From a virus, in the IMG/VR virus record IMGVR_UViG_3300037427_004270: DNA of 64,000 nucleotides, one strand, 5' to 3'. Positions 8,242 through 16,550 of the stretch are shown here, one piece after another. Numbering within the stretch: position 1 is the stretch's first letter; each line of letters opens with the position of its first letter. The position numbers and the translations under genes were made by a program. A model generated the notes under the pieces. That model ran no database searches. It was not told the DNA's origin and saw nothing but the letters and a program-made list of their open reading frames with translations.

Positions 8242-8442
8242 TTAACCTGAAATTTCCTGCAGCTCTTGTGGCTGGAAGTATAAAACCTTCTGAGTATTTC
8301 CCCTGGAGATTGGGACAGAAACGGCAACTACGTCACCCTCGCAGAATGTCTCTATTGACACAACGCTCCCCTGTAAACCAATCAGCTCATCGCTAATGCC
8401 AAGTAGATCTTCTTTAATTAAAACAATAGAACCTATTTTCAA
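8242..8442 (-). CDS. KOW/SH3-like small protein
   Basis: MKIGSIVLIK...GLQGSVVSI...FQPQELQEI pattern. Confidence 0.6.
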   Translation of the reverse strand: MKIGSIVLIKEDLLGISDELIGLQGSVVSIETFCEGDVVAVSVPISRGNTQKVLYFQPQELQEISG

Positions 8443-8729
8443 AACTGCTCTCCTCTTTCGTTAATCATTTCATAGTACTTAACTATCCACTTCAATGTCC
8501 TCATGAATGCTGCCCTCTTCTTTTTCAAATCCTTTGCCTCGTCTTTGTCAACACAATGATACGTCCTCACTGTTGACTCTATGCATGCGAACAGGCTATA
8601 GAGATAGCAGTTCACAAGGAGGGATGACTTATCTGGCTCATTCTGCCAGCCTTCGTCATCGTCAGCGGAGAGAATTTTCCAAAGGTTCCCCTCGTTCCCT
8701 ACCTCTAACGGTTTTAAGTGTGTCGCCAT
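8439..8729 (-). CDS. Hypothetical protein
   Basis: GGAGG RBS before MATHLK. Confidence 0.6.
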   Translation of the reverse strand: MATHLKPLEVGNEGNLWKILSADDDEGWQNEPDKSSLLVNCYLYSLFACIESTVRTYHCVDKDEAKDLKKKRAAFMRTLKWIVKYYEMINERGEQF

Positions 8730-8910
8730 GTTTGTACCCTCCGGAAGATATTTCCATAAAACATTCTCGATGCTCAACACATTTACGAATGTCGCGGCCA
8801 CAAAGCCAAGCTACTCGATAAGTGTTCTTTTCTCTTCCTGGCCCGACAACGACTCCCACTCCGTAGGAAACATTCCAAGGCTTTACTCCGAGAACAAGAG
8901 CTCCGTCCAT
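8662..8910 (-). CDS. Hypothetical (SH3-like) protein
   Basis: GALV...GVGVVV...YRVAW; overlaps the next gene by 68 nt. Confidence 0.4.
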   Translation of the reverse strand: MDGALVLGVKPWNVSYGVGVVVGPGREKNTYRVAWLCGRDIRKCVEHRECFMEISSGGYKHGDTLKTVRGRERGEPLENSLR

Positions 8911-8913
8911 ATA

Positions 8914-10080
8914 CTAAATACCCAGAACCTTCTCATTCCCGCATTTAAAATTTGTATAAGACATAACTCTTTTCGGAGCGATCCAAAGACGCTTGCACAT
9001 ACTTCGGCCTGGAGTCGGGGCTCCAAGGTCTGTAACGACGATATGAGCATCATAATTGTGCTCATTCACATACTTTGTCGGTGCATCAAAACATGTACCT
9101 CCAGTCAATACTCTCTCTCGTTTTACGCTATGTCCCTTCTTTACTCTGACAATCTTATCCTCGTGGACCCTTGTATCGAAAGGTATAAGATCAAAGTCAA
9201 CAATGCTGCTCAGTACACTAATCTCAGAAAAGAATTCGGCCAACATCTTATCGTCAACCGAGCCGGACTGATCTAGGCTCAGGGCTATCTTTGCAACTCT
9301 TCTAACTTTCTTGGCTGGAAAGACGTATGGAAACCTCTTGTTTATTTTTCTAACTGTGCTGTTCTTTTCCATTCTTTGGGAAGTCTTACAGAAATACCTG
9401 AGTACTTTTTGCCAACTAACTCTTGCTCCAACATATTTGTCGATAAGTTTGTTTTTCATCTCCGCTGTAACGGTTCCCCACCTGTTTGTCTTTGAACAGT
9501 CGCTAACTGCTTTCGAGATAGCATCCTCTAGCTTGCTGTTTGCTATCTCAGAGCCTACAGAGGCTTTTGCATCGCCCGGTGTATCACCAGTCGCCGGTGC
9601 CCACTCCTCGTGGCTGTCGAGCTCTGAGACACCATCAACATCCTCGTCGGACATCTGGGAAAGTATGGCCTGATAATACCACTCTGAGGTTTTTCCAGCA
9701 GGCATGTTCTCAAAAGGACCTTTTCCTGGGAAGCATGCAATATCTGGTAGCTCGCCCTCCAGGTGACTGTTGATGGCAAGATCTGCAGCGATGTTCCAAA
9801 CCTTATGGTTTGTTCTCTTTTCTGCAGTGACGTGGTTAAAGATAAGATGATAGAACTCGTGCTTTAGAACGCCCAAGATCTCTCTAGCTGGTAATGAATT
9901 TATAAACTCTTCATTGTAGAGAAGTTGAAAGCGGCTCGTCGATTCGTTGAAGCGAACTCCGCAAGTGGGCACACTGCTGTCACTTATCTTATCTATCTGT
10001 AGAGAAATGTATGAGAAAAACGGCTCGTCCCTCAATAGGGCAGACAAGTGCTTTCTCATATCAAACTTTCTTTTACTCAT
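8914..10080 (-). CDS. Putative metallopeptidase + VWA-like domain protein (DUF2201-type)
   Basis: GVLKHEFYHL (HExxH), WNIAADLAIN, acidic linker, C-terminal LSLDQSGSV (MIDAS-like) and GGTCF; coupled to the AAA gene. Confidence 0.85.
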   Translation of the reverse strand: MSKRKFDMRKHLSALLRDEPFFSYISLQIDKISDSSVPTCGVRFNESTSRFQLLYNEEFINSLPAREILGVLKHEFYHLIFNHVTAEKRTNHKVWNIAADLAINSHLEGELPDIACFPGKGPFENMPAGKTSEWYYQAILSQMSDEDVDGVSELDSHEEWAPATGDTPGDAKASVGSEIANSKLEDAISKAVSDCSKTNRWGTVTAEMKNKLIDKYVGARVSWQKVLRYFCKTSQRMEKNSTVRKINKRFPYVFPAKKVRRVAKIALSLDQSGSVDDKMLAEFFSEISVLSSIVDFDLIPFDTRVHEDKIVRVKKGHSVKRERVLTGGTCFDAPTKYVNEHNYDAHIVVTDLGAPTPGRSMCKRLWIAPKRVMSYTNFKCGNEKVLGI

Positions 10081-11194
10081 CTTTCTGGTCCTCGACAAAG
10101 CTCAAAATGTCAACGATATATTCACGAATAACAGTACCATCCGCTGTTTTAGATTTGTGAAATGCCACAATGTTTTTAAGTTCCCCCGAACCGATGATCG
10201 ACCAAAGCTTGGCAGCGGCCTCGGAAGGAACCTTGACAAAGTATTCACACACGTTTGCAAGCACCTCTTCTTCGATCTCTTCAGGGCCGATGAAAAGAGC
10301 TGAATTCTCCTCATCTAATTTCTCGATAAGATCGCAATGCTCTGATAGGGTGAAGTCCTCCACCAAGTCCAGCTTACCATCATAAAACACATCCTCGATA
10401 GAGACTTTTCTTTCGCAGTTTTTCAGATAGTCAGCAAAGGACACAGATGCCTGCATGCCAACAAAAGAGCATGAGATGTTGTAAATGGACTCTAGAACGA
10501 ATTCATCCTTATTGTGCATGTATTGTTGAATGAGCTCACCTACCGTGGTGCTTAGTCGATCCCAAGATCTTCGACTAGGATATACGGTGCCGGGAGAGTG
10601 CTCCTCTGCAAACTCTAAGAACTTTGGCTCTCTGTCCAGGAAGTCAATAATTTCCGAGACAACTTTTCCTTTGGCCCAAGCCTTCCAATCTTCATGCGAA
10701 GGGTCAACATCAAAGACCGACCACCTGTCTAACTCTGCAGGGTCCATCTCTCCCACTTGGTATGAAGAGCTTTCCTGAGCTCCTCCGTTAATGGCTGCGA
10801 AGATGATGGTGTCCGGGTGTAGCGTCCAGCCTGCCAGCTTTCTGCTGTCCGTTAACTCAAAAATACCCTGTCGGACTTCGAGGACCGCACGATCAATTTC
10901 GTCGAAGAAAAGCACAACAGGCTCAGTGCATGCTTGCACTAGCCATGAAAACGGTCTAAACCTTGATGCCTTCTGGCCATTGACATCGTAAGACTCCTGG
11001 CTCGGGATACCAAGTAAGTCACCCTCTGTCATCTGAGAAGCTCGGCGCTCTACAACTGGAAGCTCGACGGTATTCGCGAACTGGTATATAACCTGGCTTT
11101 TTCCAATCCCATGCTTCCCTCTAAGAAGCACAGGCAACCTAGCACTGGTTACTAACGGAAGGCATCTATTCAACGAAGAAAAAGAAATGCTCAT
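10073..11194 (-). CDS. MoxR-like AAA+ ATPase
   Basis: Walker A LLRGKHGIGKS, Walker B VLFFDEIDRA, sensor-1 IFAAIN, DPAELDRW, PSRRSW. Confidence 0.88.
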   Translation of the reverse strand: MSISFSSLNRCLPLVTSARLPVLLRGKHGIGKSQVIYQFANTVELPVVERRASQMTEGDLLGIPSQESYDVNGQKASRFRPFSWLVQACTEPVVLFFDEIDRAVLEVRQGIFELTDSRKLAGWTLHPDTIIFAAINGGAQESSSYQVGEMDPAELDRWSVFDVDPSHEDWKAWAKGKVVSEIIDFLDREPKFLEFAEEHSPGTVYPSRRSWDRLSTTVGELIQQYMHNKDEFVLESIYNISCSFVGMQASVSFADYLKNCERKVSIEDVFYDGKLDLVEDFTLSEHCDLIEKLDEENSALFIGPEEIEEEVLANVCEYFVKVPSEAAAKLWSIIGSGELKNIVAFHKSKTADGTVIREYIVDILSFVEDQKDE

Positions 11195-11216
11195 TTTTTA
11201 TCCTTTTGTGTTTTAG

Positions 11217-12218
11217 TTAATAGTTGTTGTACTTGCGGCTTGATGAGATCATCTCATCAGTCCTCTTTATGAAGGCTCTTGCTATATCATACCACTGTTG
11301 TTCGGTAATGTCAATAGCTAGATCAATGTTTTTTTGATTTTCTTGTATTGGCTCTCCGGATGGAGAAATAACCTCAACATTACTAGACAGTTCTATAAAC
11401 TTATATCCGCTGGCCAGCTCTGCATGCAAGCTTTCGAGCAACGTTCCGAGAACCTGCATCGCGCTTCTCTCTCCCTTTGACAGCTCTTCAATAGCGTTGA
11501 TGTCGTGAGCCTCAAGTTGTCGATACAAAGCTGCAACCTGCCTCTGAGAGTAAAGGGTGCATGCATGAAGAAATGGTGTGTTTATCTTTATGATTTCCCT
11601 CTCTCGAAAGTCACACTTATGATATGCAGTAGAGTAGGCATTGTGAGTCTTTGTCTTTTTTTTGGGAGGAGCAAAAGGTAGAGAGCTAAGTTCTATAAAC
11701 TTGTCTCTTGCATACACTCCCTTTAGCATCTTCCTAAAAGATTTGTCACTCATTCCCCTGGGCTTTTGTCTCTTCATATCCGCACTCAATTCGTGCTTAT
11801 AGTTGTGCACTGCCCACAAATTGTAATACATCTTTTCTGCCATCCTTCGAAGAATAGGAAAGGCGTTGGTGAACGAAGGACCAAACAAGCCAGAGTTTGC
11901 GAGAGGGAGAGCAGTGACAGCGAAAGTATTCGTGCTGCCAGTCTTGGATGAGTCATACAAGCTGCTACCTAAAGTTCCTGGAGTAAAGCTTCTACTTGGT
12001 TCGTAGACATATTCATTGCTTGTCTTCGAATAAAAATAGTGGGGTTTATTTTTTATCTTCAAGATAGACATGTGGCCAACACCATTCTTATTGAGTTCCT
12101 CGAATAGACCTCTAAAGAAAAGCTTAGCACACTCCCGAACAAGGGGAATGTGCTTTGCTTTGTGTGGACACTTTCGAATATCGTGAGTCGGCTCTTTGCA
12201 GTACGAGCATTTTCTCAT
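11217..12218 (-). CDS. Hypothetical protein with N-terminal CCHC zinc knuckle
   Basis: CSYCKEPTHDIRKC = CX2CX4HX4C. Confidence 0.7.
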   Translation of the reverse strand: MRKCSYCKEPTHDIRKCPHKAKHIPLVRECAKLFFRGLFEELNKNGVGHMSILKIKNKPHYFYSKTSNEYVYEPSRSFTPGTLGSSLYDSSKTGSTNTFAVTALPLANSGLFGPSFTNAFPILRRMAEKMYYNLWAVHNYKHELSADMKRQKPRGMSDKSFRKMLKGVYARDKFIELSSLPFAPPKKKTKTHNAYSTAYHKCDFREREIIKINTPFLHACTLYSQRQVAALYRQLEAHDINAIEELSKGERSAMQVLGTLLESLHAELASGYKFIELSSNVEVISPSGEPIQENQKNIDLAIDITEQQWYDIARAFIKRTDEMISSSRKYNNY

Positions 12219-12226
12219 ATTCTAAC

Positions 12227-12571
12227 CTACTTCTTTTTCTTGGTAGATGTCTTTGTCTTCTTGGCGGGTGTTTTTGGTTTTGGCTTTGCTTTAGGTTGGG
12301 CCTTCTTTGTCGGCGGGGCCACAGCCTTAGTCGCTCTATCCTTCAAGGATTTCACTTCTTGTTTTGCTTCGTCCAATTTTGACTTTAAGTACAGCACTTC
12401 GTTTTCAAGGGAAACCTTGTCATACAAAGCTGCTCGAAGTCTTGCTTGTGCTTCTTCGTACTTCTTTTCCATGTCTATCAATGCTGCATTAACTTTCTTT
12501 TGCAGATCGGGGGACAAGAGTCTTGAAGTGTTTTGTGCCACACTTTTCATGGCTTCTCTTAAACTAGGCAT
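12227..12571 (-). CDS. Coiled-coil protein with Lys/Pro/Ala-rich tail
   Basis: Heptad-rich core; tail PPTKKAQPKAKPKPKTPAKKTKTSTKKKK; AGGAG RBS. Confidence 0.7.
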   Translation of the reverse strand: MPSLREAMKSVAQNTSRLLSPDLQKKVNAALIDMEKKYEEAQARLRAALYDKVSLENEVLYLKSKLDEAKQEVKSLKDRATKAVAPPTKKAQPKAKPKPKTPAKKTKTSTKKKK

Positions 12572-12607
12572 AATATTCCTCTCCTTATGTGAGATCGTGT
12601 TTTCAAT

Positions 12608-12636
12608 ATTATATCAAATTTATTGTGGAATGTAAA
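12608..12636 (-). promoter_or_regulatory. Sigma70-like promoter
   Basis: TTTACA-17-TATAAT with TGn extension. Confidence 0.7.
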
Positions 12637-12646
12637 GTTATTTTTA

Positions 12647-14587
12647 CTAGAAGCAGACGTCTTGGAAAATATCCTTTAAAATTTCAGTATATCGAGAGCC
12701 GCTTGGTGGGTGAATATCAATTGTTCTATCCGGATCTCCGTATGCTGCAGCCATCCAGGATGACAAATAATTGATCGCATCAATAAAAAAGATCTCTACT
12801 GCATCGCCCGGCTCGCATCCGGCTATACCACATGGGGAGGCCAGCGCAGATATATCTTGAGGCTGATTTCCCCAAGTTGTTTGTGGCCCCTCATCGCTAA
12901 TGCTGATCACATACGGAAAAGCATCACTTCTCCAAGGAATAGCCAGGGGGTTTACGGGGTCTACGGCTGCAGCAACGACATCAGATGTTCTCTCCCATCC
13001 GCCTCCATGACAACCCAAGCTTGCAATGATGCTGGTAAGTGATGCGGCATCAACCATCCCGGCCTGAGTCATTACGACTGCATTGCCATAGGAATTTGAA
13101 TGATGCTGGCTTGGGTGCATTATTAACCCGAAACGATGGTCTGTTTCTTCAAAGTCAGCAACATATGATGCAATGCCTTCTGCTAGAGCTTCGATGTAGG
13201 GACACATGGAGCCTGAAGTGTCAATGACAAATACCATGTCCACTTTGTCATGTGCATTCAAGTCTTCGTCTATCTCTCCGTCACAGTCATTGTCTATCTG
13301 ATCGCACACCTCTTCTTCTGGCAGTATCTCCCCTACGCAGTTACCCCAAGCACCTACTTCGCAGGTGGTGGTGCCCAGACGACACTGGCCAATGCCATGC
13401 AAGTTTGGATTGTTGCCGCACATGGAAACTATCCCGTCGATGTTGCCGTCACAGTCGTTATCCCAGTTGTCGCAAATCTCCGGCTCGATGCCTTGGTAAA
13501 CACATGTTCCCCAAACTCCAAACTCATCACAGACCTGCATACCAAAGCCACAGTTGAGGAGGTTGCCCTCAGTGTCGTAAATGTCTTCTCTGCACACCTG
13601 TATTTCGTCCTTTATACAAAGGCACCCCTCGTCAATTTCTCCGTCGCAGTCGTTATCAATCTCATCACAAAGCTCTGTTGTGGGTTGTGGGGCGTCACAG
13701 AAAGCCCATCGACCGAGGAGGCACTTTTCCATACCTGGGCCACAAATAGACTCGCATGGTTGAAATAAGTTCTCGTCCGTCGCTCCGTCACAGTCATCGT
13801 CGAGGTTGTTGCACGTTTCATTCATTGGCATGACAGCATCAAAACATTTAAGATCTCCTTCAACACAATATTCCAAGCCATAGGCGCAAATACCGACATC
13901 GCTGAAACCGCATACCCTCTGGTTCAGTGAACTAAGTTCAACAGGGTCGTCGTCAACAATACCGTTACAGTCATTATCAACTCCGTCGCACCTTTCCTGC
14001 TCATCTAACACTTGCCCCTCACAGTTCGTCATTTGCCCGTCAGTGCATCTCATGATGCCAGTGGCACACGGAGTGGTATCGGAGAAGATAACGTCTTCAG
14101 AGCCCGTCCAGCACTCCACAGGGGGTATCTCATCTATCTCACCGTTGCAGTTATCATCATAACCATTGCAAACCTCAGTTCTCATTGGTCTAATGTCTGG
14201 ATTTGTGTCATCGCAGTCTTGTGCATTCAAGCACGACTCTAATGAGTTGAAGCCATCGCCGTCCTTGTCTTCTGACAGGCCATCGTCGATAAGGCCATTG
14301 CAGTCATCGTCCTTTTCGTTACACTCTTCGTCTTGTGGTCCGAGGTATTCTTCGCAAGTAACTGAGTAGTCTCTATTATCGCACACCGTTGTGCCAAAAG
14401 AACACTCGCCCAACTCAGTCAGGCCTTGAAGGTCAATGCCTATCAAGACTTCTCCGTCTGTGCCGGTGGCACAAGGTTCTGGTGGTGGGCAAAAGCGTGT
14501 CAGTTGTTCATCGCACTGTGGGCATGCAGCTAACACCAAAAGCATTATGGCGCTAACCGAAAAAAACCTAGACATTTTTTTTCTCAT
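12647..14587 (-). CDS. Lipoprotein with Cys-rich metal-binding (MopE-like) repeats and C-terminal VWA domain
   Basis: Signal peptide ending LAAC (lipobox); seven ExCxxxDxDCxGxxDE/D repeats; DMVFVIDTSGSM MIDAS and ISDE motifs. Confidence 0.85.
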   Translation of the reverse strand: MRKKMSRFFSVSAIMLLVLAACPQCDEQLTRFCPPPEPCATGTDGEVLIGIDLQGLTELGECSFGTTVCDNRDYSVTCEEYLGPQDEECNEKDDDCNGLIDDGLSEDKDGDGFNSLESCLNAQDCDDTNPDIRPMRTEVCNGYDDNCNGEIDEIPPVECWTGSEDVIFSDTTPCATGIMRCTDGQMTNCEGQVLDEQERCDGVDNDCNGIVDDDPVELSSLNQRVCGFSDVGICAYGLEYCVEGDLKCFDAVMPMNETCNNLDDDCDGATDENLFQPCESICGPGMEKCLLGRWAFCDAPQPTTELCDEIDNDCDGEIDEGCLCIKDEIQVCREDIYDTEGNLLNCGFGMQVCDEFGVWGTCVYQGIEPEICDNWDNDCDGNIDGIVSMCGNNPNLHGIGQCRLGTTTCEVGAWGNCVGEILPEEEVCDQIDNDCDGEIDEDLNAHDKVDMVFVIDTSGSMCPYIEALAEGIASYVADFEETDHRFGLIMHPSQHHSNSYGNAVVMTQAGMVDAASLTSIIASLGCHGGGWERTSDVVAAAVDPVNPLAIPWRSDAFPYVISISDEGPQTTWGNQPQDISALASPCGIAGCEPGDAVEIFFIDAINYLSSWMAAAYGDPDRTIDIHPPSGSRYTEILKDIFQDVCF

Positions 14588-14609
14588 AATATAAATATGA
14601 TCAAAAACT

Positions 14610-14638
14610 ATTATAAATCACTTTTCCAAGGCTTACAA
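14610..14638 (-). promoter_or_regulatory. Sigma70-like promoter
   Basis: TTGTAA-17-TATAAT upstream of the VWA lipoprotein. Confidence 0.55.
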
Positions 14639-14651
14639 GCGGTTTTTTTTG

Positions 14652-14846
14652 CTATTCCTGGCCTAGTTTGTCCAAGATCTCCACTTTAAGTGTGCATTCA
14701 TCCATATCATTTAAGTACCTTACCACAGTTTTGAAAGAAGCTTCAACAAAAATATTACCATCAATATCACAATAGTGACAGCTCAGGCCTCGCTTCCCTC
14801 GACAAGTCATACAGGCACACTTCACATAAAGCTTTTTATCTGCCAA
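14652..14846 (-). CDS. Small zinc-finger protein
   Basis: CMTCRG...CHYCDIDG (DnaJ-like CxxCxG pairs); TTG start with GAGG RBS. Confidence 0.6.
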   Translation of the reverse strand: MADKKLYVKCACMTCRGKRGLSCHYCDIDGNIFVEASFKTVVRYLNDMDECTLKVEILDKLGQE

Positions 14847-14910
14847 GTGCTGTCCCTCTGAATTCTCGGTATGTCATATAGTAAATATGAGTACAAAAGA
14901 CAAAGGGCTC

Positions 14911-15078
14911 TTAAAAAAATTGTAAAGTTTTTTTATCGTCGTCGGTGAAGGTTCTGTCATCATCAACAAGGGTAATGTCGAAGTCTTCAGGGATGGTCTG
15001 ATCAGGGTCGAGCTTCATGTGGTCCAGCCTTTTCATAAAAACTTCATTGATAAATTGTTCAGGTAATTTGTTCGACAT
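14911..15078 (-). CDS. Small acidic protein (55 aa)
   Basis: MSNKLPEQFINEVFMKRLDHMKLDPDQ...; below ORF-track cutoff. Confidence 0.5.
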   Translation of the reverse strand: MSNKLPEQFINEVFMKRLDHMKLDPDQTIPEDFDITLVDDDRTFTDDDKKTLQFF

Positions 15079-15134
15079 ATTATAACTATATCAGAAAAGT
15101 AGAAAAGTTATGTGTCAGGTGTGTGAAATGTGTA

Positions 15135-15758
15135 TCAAAGCTCTCTTTTTATGTGTCTTTCCTCACATACCACCAGAGCTTGCCTCTTTCCGACCAAAAC
15201 TATGCTGTACTTCTTCGAGCCTTTTGCGAAGGATGAGATATATTGGTAGTTGTTTTTTATGACAATGGCCAAGTGACCCCTCATGTCCTGCCTAACAGTG
15301 GCTGCAGAGCGCAACATGATAAGAGAGCCGATGGAATACTTTGGTTCTCTGGTAATTTCATGATATGCCTTGTTTGCATACTTGTTGTCGCACATCTTTT
15401 CATATGCTGTACGAGAAGGTACGAACTTGTCATCAGTTAGAATGCGAGTAGACATGGAGGCATAGTATCCTCCTGGGCCGAAGAAATATTGGTTGGCAAT
15501 CACGAGAGCCTTTTCTCTGTGTTCCTTTCTGTACTCTTCTTTCCACTTGTTATGTTCTTCTATCACTTCAGGCTTTGTAAAACTTTCTATCTTTTCGAAA
15601 GCTCGGTGCTGGCGGTAGGTGAGTCTCCCGTATGTATGGTAACTATTAGCGAGGGACTGCAAAAAGTCTATAATACTTTGGTCTTCTGGGTCATTCTCTT
15701 GTTTAAAACGAATGGCTTCTTCAATTCTTTCGTCTAAAGTGATCTCTTGTATTTCCAT
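15135..15758 (-). CDS. Hypothetical protein, C-terminal SH3-like region
   Basis: GGAGG RBS before MEIQEI; downstream of a strong promoter. Confidence 0.7.
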   Translation of the reverse strand: MEIQEITLDERIEEAIRFKQENDPEDQSIIDFLQSLANSYHTYGRLTYRQHRAFEKIESFTKPEVIEEHNKWKEEYRKEHREKALVIANQYFFGPGGYYASMSTRILTDDKFVPSRTAYEKMCDNKYANKAYHEITREPKYSIGSLIMLRSAATVRQDMRGHLAIVIKNNYQYISSFAKGSKKYSIVLVGKRQALVVCEERHIKREL

Positions 15759-15777
15759 GATGCCTCCCGGTTGGGAC

Positions 15778-15807
15778 ATTATAACACGAAGTTGAACGGA
15801 ATGTCAA
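15778..15807 (-). promoter_or_regulatory. Sigma70-like promoter
   Basis: TTGACA-18-TATAAT with TGn extension. Confidence 0.75.
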
Positions 15808-16271
15808 GCACTCTTGGTGAAAGCATACTTATACAAGCGAGTAAGAAAAACTTCTCGCCCTCCCTCGTTCTTTAGCTGATTTACTTCACACGATGGAACT
15901 GGGGACCGTAGATGCATGGTCCCCTTCATCACTGAGCCTCGACTCTTAACACCAACAGACATGCCGCACGAGGGCGAGTTTGCAATACCAATGAAACCAA
16001 CTGCATCCGGATGCCTGGAGAATATCTCTTCCGACTTTGACATCATAGATGGATAGACATTCTCTCCTCCCATCTTTCCGTGAACCTCGTCGCCAATTTG
16101 CATCAGTCTTATATTCTGGCGAGGGGTACCAAAAAGTTCGTGTTCTGGGCAAACAGGTACAAGTGTTATACCATTCTCTTTCGCCCACTCTTGAACGTCT
16201 GGTCTGTGTTTGTCGGCACCATTCCACCTGACCTTGTTGCCCAGAACACATGAACTTATTAGTACTTTCAT
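15804..16271 (-). CDS. DUF523 family protein (TudS/thiouracil desulfidase-like, Fe-S)
   Basis: LISSCVLGNKVRWNG, VCPEHEL.FGTPR and SPSCG motifs. Confidence 0.85.
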   Translation of the reverse strand: MKVLISSCVLGNKVRWNGADKHRPDVQEWAKENGITLVPVCPEHELFGTPRQNIRLMQIGDEVHGKMGGENVYPSMMSKSEEIFSRHPDAVGFIGIANSPSCGMSVGVKSRGSVMKGTMHLRSPVPSCEVNQLKNEGGREVFLTRLYKYAFTKSA

Positions 16272-16287
16272 CGGCTATCCGTTATGC

Positions 16288-16364
16288 TGGCACACTCGGC
16301 AGGACTCGAACCTGCAACCCTCGGCTTAGAAGGCCGATGCTCTATCCAGTTGAGCTACGAGTGC
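16288..16364 (-). tRNA. tRNA-Arg (UCU)
   Basis: Full cloverleaf, anticodon loop CTTCTAA, TTCGAGT T-loop, encoded CCA. Confidence 0.95.
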
Positions 16365-16373
16365 TTAAAAAAA

Positions 16374-16451
16374 AGGGGGTTCCGGAGTCGAACCGGAATG
16401 AGCAGCATCGGCATGCCATTAGCCACCGTCGTGACCATTGCCTTGCCCCCC
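16374..16451 (-). ncRNA. tRNA-like RNA resembling the tRNA-like domain of tmRNA
   Basis: 5' GGGGGGC pairs with 3' ACCCCCT (one C-A mismatch); perfect T-arm TCCGG-TTCGACT-CCGGA; unpaired D-region ending CGAC; helix GGTGGC/GCTGCT; no canonical anticodon arm; no encoded CCA. Confidence 0.5.
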
Positions 16452-16531
16452 ACAAGTTTCACTACGGAACCACATAACTGCTCAACGAGAGAAGAAACAG
16501 TCCCGTAACAAAAAGGGTTGAGAACACTATT

Positions 16532-16540
16532 ATTATAACA
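16532..16540 (-). promoter_or_regulatory. Extended -10 promoter upstream of the RNA cluster
   Basis: TGT-TATAAT about 80 nt upstream of the tRNA-like RNA. Confidence 0.45.
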
Positions 16541-16550
16541 TCTAGAGCTT

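Noticed and set aside
16423-16479. 18-codon ORF (MWFRSETCGGQGNGHDGG) running into the tRNA-like RNA, considered as a tmRNA tag frame
   Set aside because: It starts upstream of and overlaps the 5' acceptor strand instead of lying inside the RNA, and it lacks an Ala-Ala-type degron
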